Positions 12,149-24,900 of a DNA stretch of 64,000 nt are shown here, piece after piece. Location of the stretch: the NCBI GenBank assembly GCA_001949185.1, contig BDGG01000002.1:7616448-7680447 (forward strand), read 5' to 3'. Numbering within the stretch: the first letter of the stretch is position 1; the number at the start of each line of letters is the position of its first letter. Made by a program: the position numbers and the translations under genes. The notes under the pieces are model-generated. The model did no database searches. It was given only the letters and a program-made list of their open reading frames with translations, and was not told the DNA's origin. This DNA is from Ramazzottius varieornatus. Taxonomy: Eukaryota; Animalia; Tardigrada.

Positions 12149-14348
12149 ATGTTTTCCCTTCGTCAGCTGTTTCTTTCGGTGTTGGTCAGTTTGTTAGCTG
12201 ACCTTTCAATAGGCAAATGTCCCTCTGCGGATCTGTCGCTGTGCAAATGCGCAGAGGAAGCAGCCAGACCCAACCAGTTGATCGTTACCTGCGATGGTAT
12301 GGCTACCGTACCAGATCTGGTAAGTCTACCATTTACTTTCCGCATAACCAAATGGGGATGATGATTTCTTTTATGATGACAATTTTGTTATAGAAATATC
12401 AGTTGGATGCCTTTGACTGGAAGGAAATCTCTGAACTGGCCGTCCTTAGACAGAAAAGCTTCGCGGGTCTTCGCCCTGATTTCTTCAATCAGATGCCCAA
12501 CTTGGTCAGATTGAGCTTGGCTGCTAATCCCAACAGTAACTTCAAGCCTCCGGTTGGGCTTTTCGACAAACTTGGGCCTAAGCTGTCAGTGCTCGATATG
12601 TCGACGTCCAACTTGACGGAGAAGGAACTGTCTCCGGAACTCTTCGCACCGCTTGTCAACCTCAAGGTAAGTATTCCATTCAACGGAAAATCCATCGTTA
12701 GATTTCTTCACTTTTCTCTTATCCAGGAGCTCGACCTCAGCTACAACCAGATTACTCAGCTCCGCCCAACAGTGTTCCAGTCTTTGGCGAAACTTCGAGT
12801 AAGCCGCGCTTTCTTCATCACCGCAGTCTTTTGTTCGGTCATGAAAAAATGCGTGTATTTAGGTTCTCGATCTGGGTGACAACAAGTTGACAGTTCTTCC
12901 GCCCTTCATGCTGGCGAAGAACAAGAGACTGAAGATGTTGGACTTGAATGACAATCTGCTTACCGAACTGGTAAGTGGACTTTCCTTCCGCATACTTTGC
13001 TCGGATGAGATGCTTTTTTAAAGTTGATGTCTTCCACAGCCAATGGATCTGTTTGACGATGAGCAGAAAGAAATGAAGATTCTTGACATTGGCGGCAACA
13101 GAATCACCAAGTTGACGGCGGACCATCTGGTGCTCATGCCCAACTTGACGGTCCTCGACGCTCGTCGCAACATGATCAACCCCCTTCCTTCCAACTTGTT
13201 CTCAAAGTCTCCACAACTTCAAAGTAAAACACATTACCTTCGGGGAAATTTGTGTAACATGATCAGGTTTATCGTCAACCTTCTTTTTCCATGCAGGAAT
13301 CAGTCTGGACGGAGTCACGGCACCAGGTAATGCTGACACTTGAATGAATAAAACATCGTTATAATCCCAAGTGGCGCACGGGGTACCCCGATATCAATGA
13401 CAACTTGCGCCACTTGGAATAACGATAGCGAACGTCTCGCTTGCCGATTTCCCATGCGGTGATGTGAGGATCCATTGAAAGATTTACTGTGTATAGTGGT
13501 ACCGGCGAGCTTATTCAACGGACTTCCTCTGGAATCCTTGGATCTCAGCGATGCTGTCAATGTTCGAGTCAGTTAGAAATCTCACATGCTCTCGTTCTCC
13601 AATTTCGGCTAACTTAGTCCTAGTCTAATTGTTGTTTACCGCCTAGAGCTTACCAGAGGACTTGCTGGCGCCGGTGGGCAAGACCCTGAAGGAACTCCAT
13701 CTGGACGATAACCAGAAGCTCTTCTCTCTACCGCCCAATTTCTTCAGAGGTCTCGACGCCCTGGAGATGCTGGACCTGTCGAATACCGGTCTGGACCTCC
13801 TGCCGACTTCCTTCTTCAGCGACCTCAAAAGCCTACGCAGACTGAAGATCAGCGACAATCAATACCTCATCTCCCTCCCGCCGCCAAAGGACTACTCACC
13901 AAACCTCAAGAGCATCGACGCCAAGAATTGCCCGAAACTCCCACCGGTCGTCACCAAGTGGATCAACACCAACTTTGATACCAAGCCCCAGATGATGGAC
14001 TTCCCCATCAACATCTACCGTTCGGCTAACAAAGGTAAAATAATCGTCAAACCCTATTGCAGAAAACATCAGAGGGCCTTTTCGATGAAGTGATCCATCT
14101 TCTTTGTATTTTCAGACATGATGCTTCGAATGGCCGCAGCCACCTCAACAGGCCCGGCCGCAACGACTTCACGACCAACGCAACCATCCAACCAGTACAA
14201 CGGAAACGGACGAGGAAATGGAAACAATGGGTGGAACAACAAGGACAATGAAGGCTGGGCGGCTGATGGTGACAACGGTAACAGCAATAATAATAATAAC
14301 TACAACAATAACTACAACAGCGGAGGCTGGGGAGGATGGAGACGCTAA
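12149..14348 (+). CDS. Secreted leucine-rich-repeat protein with an Asn/Gly/Trp-rich C-terminal tail (multi-exon)
   Basis: Signal peptide MFSLRQLFLSVLVSLLADLSIG, LRRNT-type Cys cap (CPS...CKC...VTC), many LxxLxLxxNxL repeats, terminal exon GNGRGNGNNGWNN...GGWGGWRR. Confidence 0.8.
13371..13413. repeat. Palindromic family A core, LRR gene intron
   Basis: CCAAGTGGCGCAC-N25-TTGCGCCACTTGG. Confidence 0.85.
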
Positions 14349-14504
14349 CCATCGAAAGAACTGTCAGAGTTTAGTGCACCATTAGAATCAATTGAATAAG
14401 ATTTTTACGCATCTTTTTGAAAACCATCCTTCTGCCTCGCATCAAATAACTGTAAAAAAATAAAAAATAAAAATTCAACCTGAAGGATTCCGAGAGGAGA
14501 TCTG

Positions 14505-15680
14505 TCAGTCATCTTCGCAAGCAACAGGTACCGCGATCTTGCTCTCTTTCCGAGAGTTCCACACAGCGAGGAGCCAATGATGCAGTTCCCACAGGTTGGT
14601 AAGGATACCATAAACATTTTTGATAATGAAAATGAAACTACTCTCCGTAAACTGATGTTCCGTGAACAGGTAGATTCGGATGACTAAGAAGGGAATGATG
14701 CCAAAGACCATGCCGAGAAACTGCTGAAGGACGCTCTAATACGCCGGTGGGTTCTCATGGGCAAAGTTCGTGGCGCTCAACTGGTACAGTCCGACAGAGG
14801 GTAGCAGCAGCTGTATAGTCACGAAGGCCAGAATGGTGCTCTTGACACACTCGGGAATTTTCCTGTGACTCTCGGCAGAGTTTTCGTAAAGGAACTCTAG
14901 CATTTCGACAGAGTCTAACATGTCGAGCATAACATGGTTCTGCATCCAGCGTATGACCGGTTTTTGATGGGTCTTTTTAAGGGCCTTTTTGTGGCTGCTA
15001 ACGACCAGAGCGAACACTACGGCGGTACTGGCGAAGGCGAGTTCCAGCATCTTCGAGCCGAAGAAACAGCTGAGATAAGCTAAGGGCAGTGAGCCTAGCT
15101 TGTACTTTTTCCGGATTGTCCCTACGTCCAGGCTCCTGACTCGGTTGTCCTCTTCATCCCAGTCCAATGCTGAATCCTGTCGCCGTACATCTTTAAGAAA
15201 AACCCGTGCTGATGGTAATCTAGGATGCGAAACGACGGCAAAAGAATTCACCCAAATCGCTGTTTCAAACGGCGCACGCTCTCGACCAACAATAATGAGT
15301 AGGTGCGTCATTCGAGAGAAAGATCTTGGTGAAATCATTCGCCGATGCTCTAAATAGTGAACGATTGTTGTCTTTTCTTTTTGAACCTTTTTCATTGCTG
15401 TTGATGTTGATTTCTAGTTCGTCCAACTCTGTTTCCGGTTGGGAAGAGGCTCCGTTAGAATGGTCGGTCTTCGCGTTCTTTCGTCTGTGGTGGCGTTTAC
15501 GACGGGTAGAAGTTCCATCTGCTCGAGGTGGAACCTGTCGTTTCTCCTACCGGTTTTGTTGGAAGCAGAAATCGGCGAAGAGGTAAGAAATAACGTACAA
15601 TATTAGCACAACGATGTCGGCGACTATCCATCCATAAGCAGCTTTGTTTTAAGCAGCCAGTAAAGCAGCCTGAAGACCCA
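14505..15680 (-). CDS. Second, diverged TMEM121/CECR6-like protein (start not resolved)
   Basis: YGWIVADIVVLIL, LGSLPLAYLS, MLDMLDSVEMLEFL, LLLPSVGLYQLS, IIPFLVIRIYLF..FIIKN; parallels the gene at 10193-11578. Confidence 0.65.
15269..15311. repeat. Palindromic family A core, intron of the TMEM121-like paralogue
   Basis: ACGGCGCAC-N25-GTGCGTCAT with CGGCAAAAGAATTCACC / GGTGAAATCATTCGCCG outer arms. Confidence 0.75.
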
Positions 15681-17593
15681 GAAAAATTAGACTAAGCACT
15701 CGGAAGAGAACTCCCATCCACATTTTCACCAAGCGAGGGTTCCTCAAACACACCAAAAGTCATCGAAATAAAGCAAAGACACAGGTGCACCCACAATAAC
15801 AAACTGACGCTTTCCCCATGCCATTCAGAATCGATTTCTGTGCGCAAAGAGATATAAAGAGAGGACGACACGTCATTTTGCTCGACCCTCCACATCGATC
15901 GGCGACAAAGACTAGCACCTCGATCTTATGCACGGATGACTGTCTTTACCATCTTGCAGGTATCAAAGAGTCGAGCTGGCTTTCTTGAATCAAGCTATAG
16001 TCTGCGGAATGCACAATGAAACTGCACCGGCGGTACCCCGGAAACCGGTTCGTGATGTGCTCTTTATTGTACTGTACCGCGCGTACAGGTAGAAGTTGTA
16101 CAATTTATAACCTCGAACAATATAGCTACTCTGTGAATTTAAAAATCGAGCATGATGCAAAAGAAACCATTTTCGAAGAAATCGTCTGTCGGCGAGCCAT
16201 CAGAACGAGGATGGAGGGTCCGTCTGGATACGGACAGGCCTTTGAATGCGTGCGAATGGTGCTGCTTAATAAAAGAAAGACCCGTTCTTCGAAGGCGGAA
16301 GTCTTGGGCCCCCAGCAAAAGTGCCTATGTTCGCACAGTCTACAGTATTGCAATTAGTGAAAGCTGGTTGTAGCATAGATTTTGGGACTTCGGGCATCCT
16401 CTACGGCGTGTCACAGATCGAAGTATCCACAGGAACCATCTTTTTGATATATTTCCATCCGTGCATGCTATCTGTTGCACTAACCTGTACGCACGCGTCC
16501 TGTTCAGTGATTAAAGAACAGAAGTCACACCTCCAAAGTCTCAGCTATAAGACAAGCAAAGCCCGTAGACTTCGAAGTCGAACACTGTTTGTCTACCAGT
16601 ACTCGTACAGTAGTTAGTTTCCCACTTAGAACAGAACAGCTGGAGGCATATCACTAACTCTCAGGCTGGTGCATTCTGAGTGTCCTTCGTTTTGGATTCA
16701 TTGTTGTTATTTTCTCGCGACTAGAAGCCGCATCATTTTTTACCATGGTACGATCCTATTCTTTTCCCTGCTATGGACCAGCTGAAGCGGCTACTGGGCG
16801 AAGACAGAGTATCTACATCCCCAGCGAGTACGATGGGCAGGTCCAGATTTATCCCACTTCCGTCCCAACACGTATGTAAAATTTCCGTACAGTTCTTGGA
16901 TATTGTCATTTATTGATACTTTTTCTGACTGAATGTAAAACTGTACGACATCGGACGTCGGCAAATGAACTCACAAAATCACCTTCCTACGTGACGCACG
17001 TTCTCAGTTTATAACATCGAAGACGTGACTTGACACTCTGCGGACGACCATCCTCTTTGTGTGTACAATCACTCAGTTTTGTTCACCTCCCAGTTTTAGC
17101 TTTTGGTCTTTCGGGTCTGGGTCTTTTTGTTTGCATGTACCTCGGTCTCCTCACCAAAGCAACACTAATGACCAGCGGTCAGCAAAACCCCAGCACGCTG
17201 GAAATTTTTTCTACGGTTTCGGGTGGTTTTTGTGAAATTTAGTGTTTCGTCTCTTCGCGCGAGACACGTGCACGGTATAGAAAAAAACTGGAGCACTGGG
17301 GACAGTCTTATCTATCGAAGCCGAGCCTGGGATAAATTTTGTAGTCATCACTGCGGTCAGAAGAAAATCAAGACGACCGGTTCTCCCTCTTGAGATTTGG
17401 CGCTCATGGCCTGCCAATTAATTTTGAAATTTCGAAAATTGCTTATTGGTTAGACCAGCCTACGCAACACGGTATCAGCCAATAAAATTCCTGTATAAAA
17501 AGAGGACGGTAGTATTCTGCGAACATGAAAACGATCGTGCTGAAAGTGTGAAACCATTTGCCGACGTTTGTTGTGGTTCTTACTTTTCTTGCT

Positions 17594-17798
17594 CTGTATT
17601 CCCTCGATAGTTCTACGAATCACGTGACTATTGTGCCAAATATCACCCGGCGGGACAAAGATGGTATTTATACCTTCAATCGAATATCACCCGCCAATCA
17701 ATCGTAATGATATGTGACAATCAAACAATCAGTGGTATCAGTGCGGATGTTATTTACTGACGTGATGACGCGATCGCGGAACTATCGAGGGAATACAG
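17594..17798. mobile_element. 205-bp MITE, hAT-like
   Basis: Perfect 20-bp TIR CTGTATTCCCTCGATAGTTC / GAACTATCGAGGGAATACAG; 8-bp flanks TTCTTGCT and TTCTTCCT (7/8 match, degenerate TSD). Confidence 0.7.
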
Positions 17799-18699
17799 TT
17801 CTTCCTTCTTGATGAATTTATTCTTCTATCTTAAGGTTTGTTGAACCATTATTTTTTGTTTTCTGCACAGGTGCTTCCATATGCACGTCGTTGATCAGGG
17901 ATGACGCGAACTTCGTGCCCAGCCATGCCGGCAAAGTTACCTGCCCGTGTTCTGTTCGTATCTGGACTCCTCGCATCGCTCACCGGACACACAAATGTAC
18001 CTGGGTCTAGGTCTCACAGTTTGGTGGTGGACTGGTCGAAGGAGATAGCATCAATTGCAAACTGACCGTCAAGGACCGCTGTTGCGCTTTGTACGTCACT
18101 GTTGGACACAATGAGGTACACTGCGGGTAAAAAAGTGGCGGATAAGTTTCCGGTGATAAATAAATTGTTCACAGTGATAACCACAGGTCTTCTCTTGAAT
18201 TATGTTCAGTTGCGCTGAAGGAATAGAAAGCATGCAGCGGTTCGACTACAACGTTGGTAACGATGCCTGCTTACTCGTGCTTCCCGAACCGACCACACTG
18301 CAGAAAAACGCTGACTTATCACAAACACAGGTATCAAAAAGCTCGACTTCACAATGTAACCATGTACTGTATAGAACCAGGAAAAACTTTGATTAATATT
18401 GAGCACCAAAAACTTGGAATAGTTTTGGACTGTATAGTTATTACTAGTATTTGTTGTTTGTTGTTACTGGGGTATGGGGAAAGTATGGGCGGGAGTTCAA
18501 CTCAGAACTGACTACGGAATTTTCCACGTCATGTCGTGCTACGGAATCACTAAGGAAAGACGGAATCTGTTTACAGGAAGTGAAAATGACGCAGACGAGC
18601 AGTTTAGTCCTCCTTGACTGGTACACCGCGGTCCGCGGGACGAAAGGCGCTGGGCGAACACTGGGATTTTAGAAAGTGCGTATTTTTCTGTGGGGTCTT

Positions 18700-20350
18700 T
18701 CCTACAATAAGGGATTTCAAAGACAGACCTGGGTCTGGTGGTGTAATTATCCTGTCTGCTCTGGTGGATACCCCCATAAATCAAACAGACCAGAGCCCCC
18801 TAATCTTCTGACTTTGAACACCCCGTTTTGCCACCGCACAGCGAGCAGTTGTAGTTTTAGGCAAGTGCTCGATTTCTGTTCTTTAGTATTATGTATATGT
18901 ATCTGCCCCTCTTTTTATGTTCTTCGACACCATGCCGCAAACAAAACTCCTACCATTCTCTTAAGAATCTGGATCGCAGGATGGAGTTGTCTCGTGTCGG
19001 TTGCAGTTTATTCGGCAAGCAGACGAACCCTGAAGTGTTTATGTAGCCGTGAACTAGAACATAAGACGAAAAGCCTTCTTGAACAAGTCGATAACGTCTT
19101 TTATAAGAGACGGAAGCCTTGTTGGAAGTGTCTAGCAATCATAACCGAACTGGTTTTGATAAAGACAGATCTGAAATCTTCAGCCGCGTCACAACCATCT
19201 TCTTCCCGATGGCGGTGCTAAACTTGGCATCGGTGTCCGTCCACTTGCTATTATCAGTGTCAATGGTTAGAAGTAATGGACGTTTCCGAAAGGGACATGT
19301 CCATCCACATTAACTGGGAACAAGACACGGTATTCTAGACAGGTGAAATGGAAAATGGTGAAACTTGGATTTTTAAACGAGGTGAGTCTAAAAGTGGTGG
19401 AAAAATCTAACTTTCTTAACTTGACATTACCTACCAACAAACCAACTATCAACAACGAACAACCATTTTTCAGTAGACAAGTTGATTGTCTGATGACACT
19501 GACCAGGCTTTTTCCATAGGAAGGCCTGGTCACGTCTTGGTGTCTTGGGTACCTCTGAATTTGCTAGTTCAGACCGAATAGGCAGTGAAGTAGAGATCAC
19601 AATTCGGTCATCAGAAAGGAAAGATAAGACAGAAGTAAAGAAGGGAAGATTTAGCAAGGGACGAGGTTCACCGAGATGACTCTGGCAAAGCGAAATAGAA
19701 ACTGAAAATTTCGACAGCTGGTGGGATTACGAGTCGGTCCCGAGTAGGTCGTAATTACACCGAAGAAACGGTGAAATTTCGTTTTCGGTGGAACCAACAG
19801 CCCAATCGTGTCGTGAAGGTGGAGCCAGTTACACCAGCGCTGTAATCCTACCAGCGGTGTACTTTAAAGTGCCAATGGCTTACAAAGCCTAAGGTGGCTT
19901 GGTGGTGTAATTACAACAGATACTTTGGTGGATACGCCCAGAACACTTTTTTGACCAGTTAGGAAAGCGGTGTGACGGCTTGCTTTGAAAGCCCCGCACT
20001 ACAGGTAAGTACGATCGGAGGAGTATGAGATCTTTGATGTCGGAGGAACCACCATACACTCACCAGTAGGACGAGTAGTGAGAAACTTCGTCATGGAAGG
20101 GAGATTCGAAGGTTTGGAGGGGAGCACTCAGGATGTTGATTGCATCTGGTGTAATTGCGAGTCATTCCGGAGCGACTCGTAATTACACCGAAAGTGTAAT
20201 GTCTGGTGGAATAAATAGGCCGATCGCAAGGGTGTGGGTGGAGCGAATTACACCAGCGTTGTAATTCCACCAGCGGTGTAATCTATCTTTGTAAGCCCTT
20301 ATTAGGGGCTTACAAAGATAGATTACGCGGGACAGGTTTGGGTCCGGGTG
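18700..20350. repeat. Degenerate dispersed repeat copies (GTAATTACACC-rich) in the enlarged ureD intron
   Basis: 19720-19860 resembles 20148-20285 (CGTAATTACACCGAA...TTACACCAGCG.TGTAAT...ACCAGCGGTGTA); 18735-18775 resembles 19900-19940 (GGTGGTGTAATTA...TGGTGGATAC). Confidence 0.55.
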
Positions 20351-20594
20351 CGTGTAAAAAGACCGCGCGGATGGTGGGTGAAATATCTGGTCAACGTGTG
20401 TATCGATCAGCTGATCGCTATCGCTGATCGCTACACATAGCAGCCAAAACGGCGTGTACCGGGGAGATTCTTTACGCGGACCCGGACCATTCTTGTCCCA
20501 ATTCATTGGCACTTTAAAGTAATCAGTCTTTGAAGGCCCTTAATATCTCATCAGCATCACTCACGGTCACGGACTGATGCAGTAGCACGAGGCT

Positions 20595-21233
20595 TAGTGC
20601 TGGGATAAATACGATATATCGTATCTTATCGAAATATATCACATCACAGTGATTCGATATGACAAAAATATCATATCGATATGGACGGAATATCGCTGAG
20701 CGGAATATGATGAATGAAAATATCATATCGCTGTACATCGATATATTTCTGATACATCGATAAATCGCAAACCCGCACTTGAGAATCGGAACTTCGCAAG
20801 TCAATACTCCGGTTCGGTACCGCGCAGGCAGCGCAGCCTCGCCCGTAATGTATCGCGCATATGCATCCAAGTTGACTTCGGAGAAGTGAACAGTCATCGT
20901 ACTTAGGTGCGTAACGACAGACCTTGATAGATTAAGCAACGAACACACTCGCGTACACGAAGACATCTGACCTTTGTTCTGACTCGAACGTAGTGAACGA
21001 CAGCCGTTTGGTTTCTCTTTGGCTCTTTCTTGATTTCGATAGTTTTCAACATGGTACTGGCTTGATATATCGATATATCACTGCAATAAAATTCGATATA
21101 TCAACAATAAAATATCAGAAACGTATCATATCGAAATATCGGTACGTGGTTAATATCTAAAACGAAATATAAATATTGAAAGATATTTATCAGAAAATAT
21201 CAATCGTATTTTATCGTATTTATCCCAGCACTA
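20595..21233. mobile_element. 639-bp non-autonomous hAT-like element
   Basis: 22-bp TIR TAGTGCTGGGATAAATACGATA / TATCGTATTTATCCCAGCACTA; dense subterminal CGATAT/ATATCG repeats; flanks ACGAGGCT vs ACGtcgAGGCT resemble a degenerate 8-bp TSD. Confidence 0.75.
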
Positions 21234-21944
21234 ACGTCGAGGCTTATCAGATGTTGCTCTACTTGCAGGTTACGGACGTGCAATGTGGTCAGCAGAGCCG
21301 ACGAGGAAATCTACCGGGATGTAGTTATCTTCAACGACGACACTTCACCAGAGCTGCGCAAAGTCAGTATGGGAGCCTACCAGGTACCAAGCTCGACATT
21401 GCGCTTTCGGTTCTGAAACCCATCGCTCAAACCATTCTCTCGCTCTATTGGTGTAGGTTTTTGGAAGCTGTGTGATCATCGGGAAAATGGTTGCCGACCG
21501 AATGGCTGACACAATCAGAGAGGCTTTCTACCGGAGTATCTTATGGTATGTGTCTATTTTGTTGTTTCGTCCGCCAGATCAGAAATAGTGTGGACTAACT
21601 GATGGCTTCTGCTGATAGGTAAAAGTGCTTCTGCCGATCAGATCATGACCAGCAGTTCACTCTACACCGACCTTGAGGATAAGAATCTGTGCGGACATGT
21701 TCTTCTCTTCTGCTTTACCTCCACCATTGAGGTATTTTGCTCTTACTCGATGAATGTTTCAAACATCAGACTTTAGTCTTGATCATGCCATGTAACTACA
21801 GGCGTATGAAACCATCTCAGAGGTCCTCAAGCCAATTATGGAGCTTGGGGGAGGCAATCCGTTCGAACGCAGCTTTTAGACACAGCAGAAGCCCGAAAGT
21901 ACAGCCCAGTTGTAGATAGAGAATAACGTAGGATGAAACATTTT

Positions 21945-24900
21945 CTTCTAAAATAGTATCTTTGTGCTAACGGTACGATTTCCGTCGGTGGCGACGTCAG
22001 GTACGTCTTCTCTATTTTTCCGTCTTGTTCTTTCACCAGGTAGACTTTGTGATTGCTGGGATTCACTGCAATAAGCCCGGTAAAATTAAGTTCAATATTT
22101 ACTGACATTTATCCATTTAATTCTTATCGATTCATCCTTGTGTTTGGGAATCGATGTACATTATGATGAATAACAGAAAAATTAATACCTTCAAGCTTGG
22201 GCGTGGCATGGTTGAGAACCATGTCCGCTCTGGTAACACTGCTGCAGTTCCGCACGGCGTACTTCGCCTTCTTGGTCCTAAAGTCCTTGTCCACTCCAGC
22301 CTGCAAAGCGAGAAGCGATCGCATAAAAGAACCAAGAGAAGTCAAGTCGCGTGTTAGCGTATAGAAGTTCTTACTTTAGATGTGAAGAGGATGGAGTTTC
22401 GGGTCGGGCACAAACCGTAAGCGCCGAACATCTTTCTTTGCTGGGCTGGCTCTACTGTCGGAATGGATGCATTAGGCATCCCCATTTGCGCCCAGGCCAC
22501 CTGCAAAAGCCAGCCTGAAACGTAAAGGGACACTTCAAAGCTTCGGGACGGTTTACTTGTCCACCCTTCAGAATCATCTTCGGCTTGGTACCGAAAAAGG
22601 CGGGTTCCCATAGGAAAATATCCGCGAATTTTCCAACCTGAATTCAATCGAACAGTTATTTTATTTCAAACTTCATCGTACCGCTATTTCAATCTTGGAA
22701 TTCATGGCGAACCTCGAGGGAGCCAACTACGCATCCAATGCCAGAGACGATAGCCGGATCGATGGTATACTTGTAATTCGAAGTTGCTTTAATGTATGAA
22801 ATCTAAGGTGCCAAAGGGGCTAAATGTAAGGTGCCAAAGTAAGGTCAAAGGTAACCTTGGCCAAATTTTGCTTGATGGGCTCAAAGTATCCAGCTGTCTT
22901 TTACGTGGAGATCACTCTAAGATCTTACTTTGCTAGTAGCGCTTGGCCCGGAAATTTTCGTTATCACCCTATAAAATACGCCGCGTCAGTCGTACAGGAC
23001 AGAAGTTTCATCCGCCACCATCAAGCTTTTGATGACTCACATGACGCGATCTTACCGTCTCTTCCGGTCATTGCTTTCGAAGAGTCTTCATTTGTCGATT
23101 CATGATTTAGACGCATGACTCGTGATTCGGGAAGTTTGATGCTTTCTTGCTGACTCGTGCGTTGAAGCTCCGGCACAGCTTACCTGAGAATCCGAGCTGA
23201 TGATGGAAATTGCTCCCAGGACGTGGAGAATGTCTTCAGCGGCAATCGTCTCGGCCCGAATACGGCTTCCGGCCAGCGCCGCGTCTTCCATTATGTTTCT
23301 ATCAAAGTCCAATGAAAGAAACACCTGACAAAGACCTATCATGTTAATAAAAGTAACTATTATTTTTACTTGGTCAGATGATGGCAAACCATCAACATGT
23401 CCTGCAACAAAAACAACCCGACTCCGACAACTTTGATGATATCCTAGTGGCACAAACGTAAGATTAAGCCATTGGTTAAGGGAAAACACCCAGGAGAATA
23501 TTGGAGACACAAGACAAAGGCACTAATGGGTGCGTGGCCGCCGCCGGCTCCTTCCGTGTGATAGGCATGGATGGATCGACCATTGACAGCCCGAATCGTA
23601 TCTTCCACACAGGACGATCCTTAATGGTGTCCGTATGGATTGTAATCTATAGTGAAGCCTTATTATTCGCATGTGAACTACTTATGTACAAATTTGACCG
23701 ACAGGATGTACTTATCGGTACCTGGACATCGTACTTGGTGGCCACTTCGAGAGCAGTGTTGATGGTGGCAGGTGTCGTTCCCCAGTCCTCGTGCAACTTC
23801 AAGCTGGAAGCAGAACTGGTGTCAGAGTAGCTGCATGAGATCTTAACAATCATGGACTCAGTTTACCCACCCGATTGCGCCTCCTTCGATCTGCTCGATC
23901 AGCTCCGGAGCCAGTTTGCCCGGCGTGGAACTAGTGTTACCTTTGCCGGTGAACCCGACGTTCGTAGGGAAATTGTCGGTAGCTTGCACCATCATCATAG
24001 AAGAAAAGGGAGAGCTACAAGAACCTACGAGTCAAAACAGAAACCTAGTAAAATTACAACCCAGTTCTCGACCGGAGTGAACGAACAAAAAATCTTTTTC
24101 GCGTTGAGCTTTCTACGGAATCGACCGATTTTTGGCTCTCTATTGACGTACCTTAGATGTTGTGGTCCCGGCGTACATGTTGTTGCGCATGTTCCCGATG
24201 CAGGGCCCTGTGTAAAAGAACCCCGGAGTTAAGTATCGGACCTTGAGTGGGGAATGGAACAACTGTTCTAGGTCTTGCTTACAGTGCCGCCACCTATCAT
24301 AGTGGTTGACCCTGCGGCGATAGCTTCCTTTATTAGCTGCGGGCAGATGAAATGGACATGACAGTCCAGAGCTCCGGCCGTAACTATTTGTCCACCTGCG
24401 GATATGACTTCGGTTCCACACCCCACAATGAGGTGTTCCGATACGCCTTCCATGGCGTCTGGGTTCCCGGCTTTGCCCAAACCGACGATATAGCCATCCT
24501 ACGAGAACGAGAGACGTAGCTAAGGCACCTCAACATGACACTATAAGGAAAAGATGATATACATACCTTGATCCCAATGTCGCACTTGACAATCCCAGTA
24601 ACCGCATCAAAGACCAGTGCGTTGATAATGACAGTGTCCAGCGTCGAAGGTTCGTCCTTCTTTTTGACGCCGACAACACCGACAGCTTGGCCCATTCCAT
24701 CCCGAATAACCTACAAACAGATATGATGGGTTTCTTCTGCCTGAAAAATCCTTGCTACGTTTATGTGGGCAACGGCTAATGATTCACCAGGAGCCTTATC
24801 TCAAGTGGCGCACTTTCTAATTGTCATTGGCTCAGAGTGTGCGCCACTAGAGGCAACGATCTGGTTGAATTCATGAGTCGGCGTCCCGTTTATCAGATTA

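Larger units (their letters stand above)
17871..21879 (+). pseudogene. ureD: Urease accessory protein UreD (eukaryotic, spliced), disrupted; the 5' exon may lie near 16770
   Basis: Hand-translated exons: WV*VSQFGGGLVEGDSINCKLTVKDRCCA (17871-18114); ESMQRFDYNVGNDACLLVLPEPTT...SQTQ (18202-18330); SSLVLLDWYTAGR..LGEHWDF (18577-18675); IYRDVVIF...MGAYQVFGSCVIIG; TIEAYETISEVLKPIMELGGGNPFERSF*. Lesions: TAG at 18008-18010 and a 7-bp duplication at 18626-18639 that shifts the frame. Confidence 0.8.

Noticed and set aside
15900-17500. Possible ureF completing the cluster
   Set aside because: No UreF motifs (e.g. DSxLPxGxFxxSxGLE) found by eye; a tBLASTn search would be needed.
20523-20966. 147-aa ORF
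   Set aside because: Runs through the CGATAT subterminal repeats of the hAT-like element; spurious.
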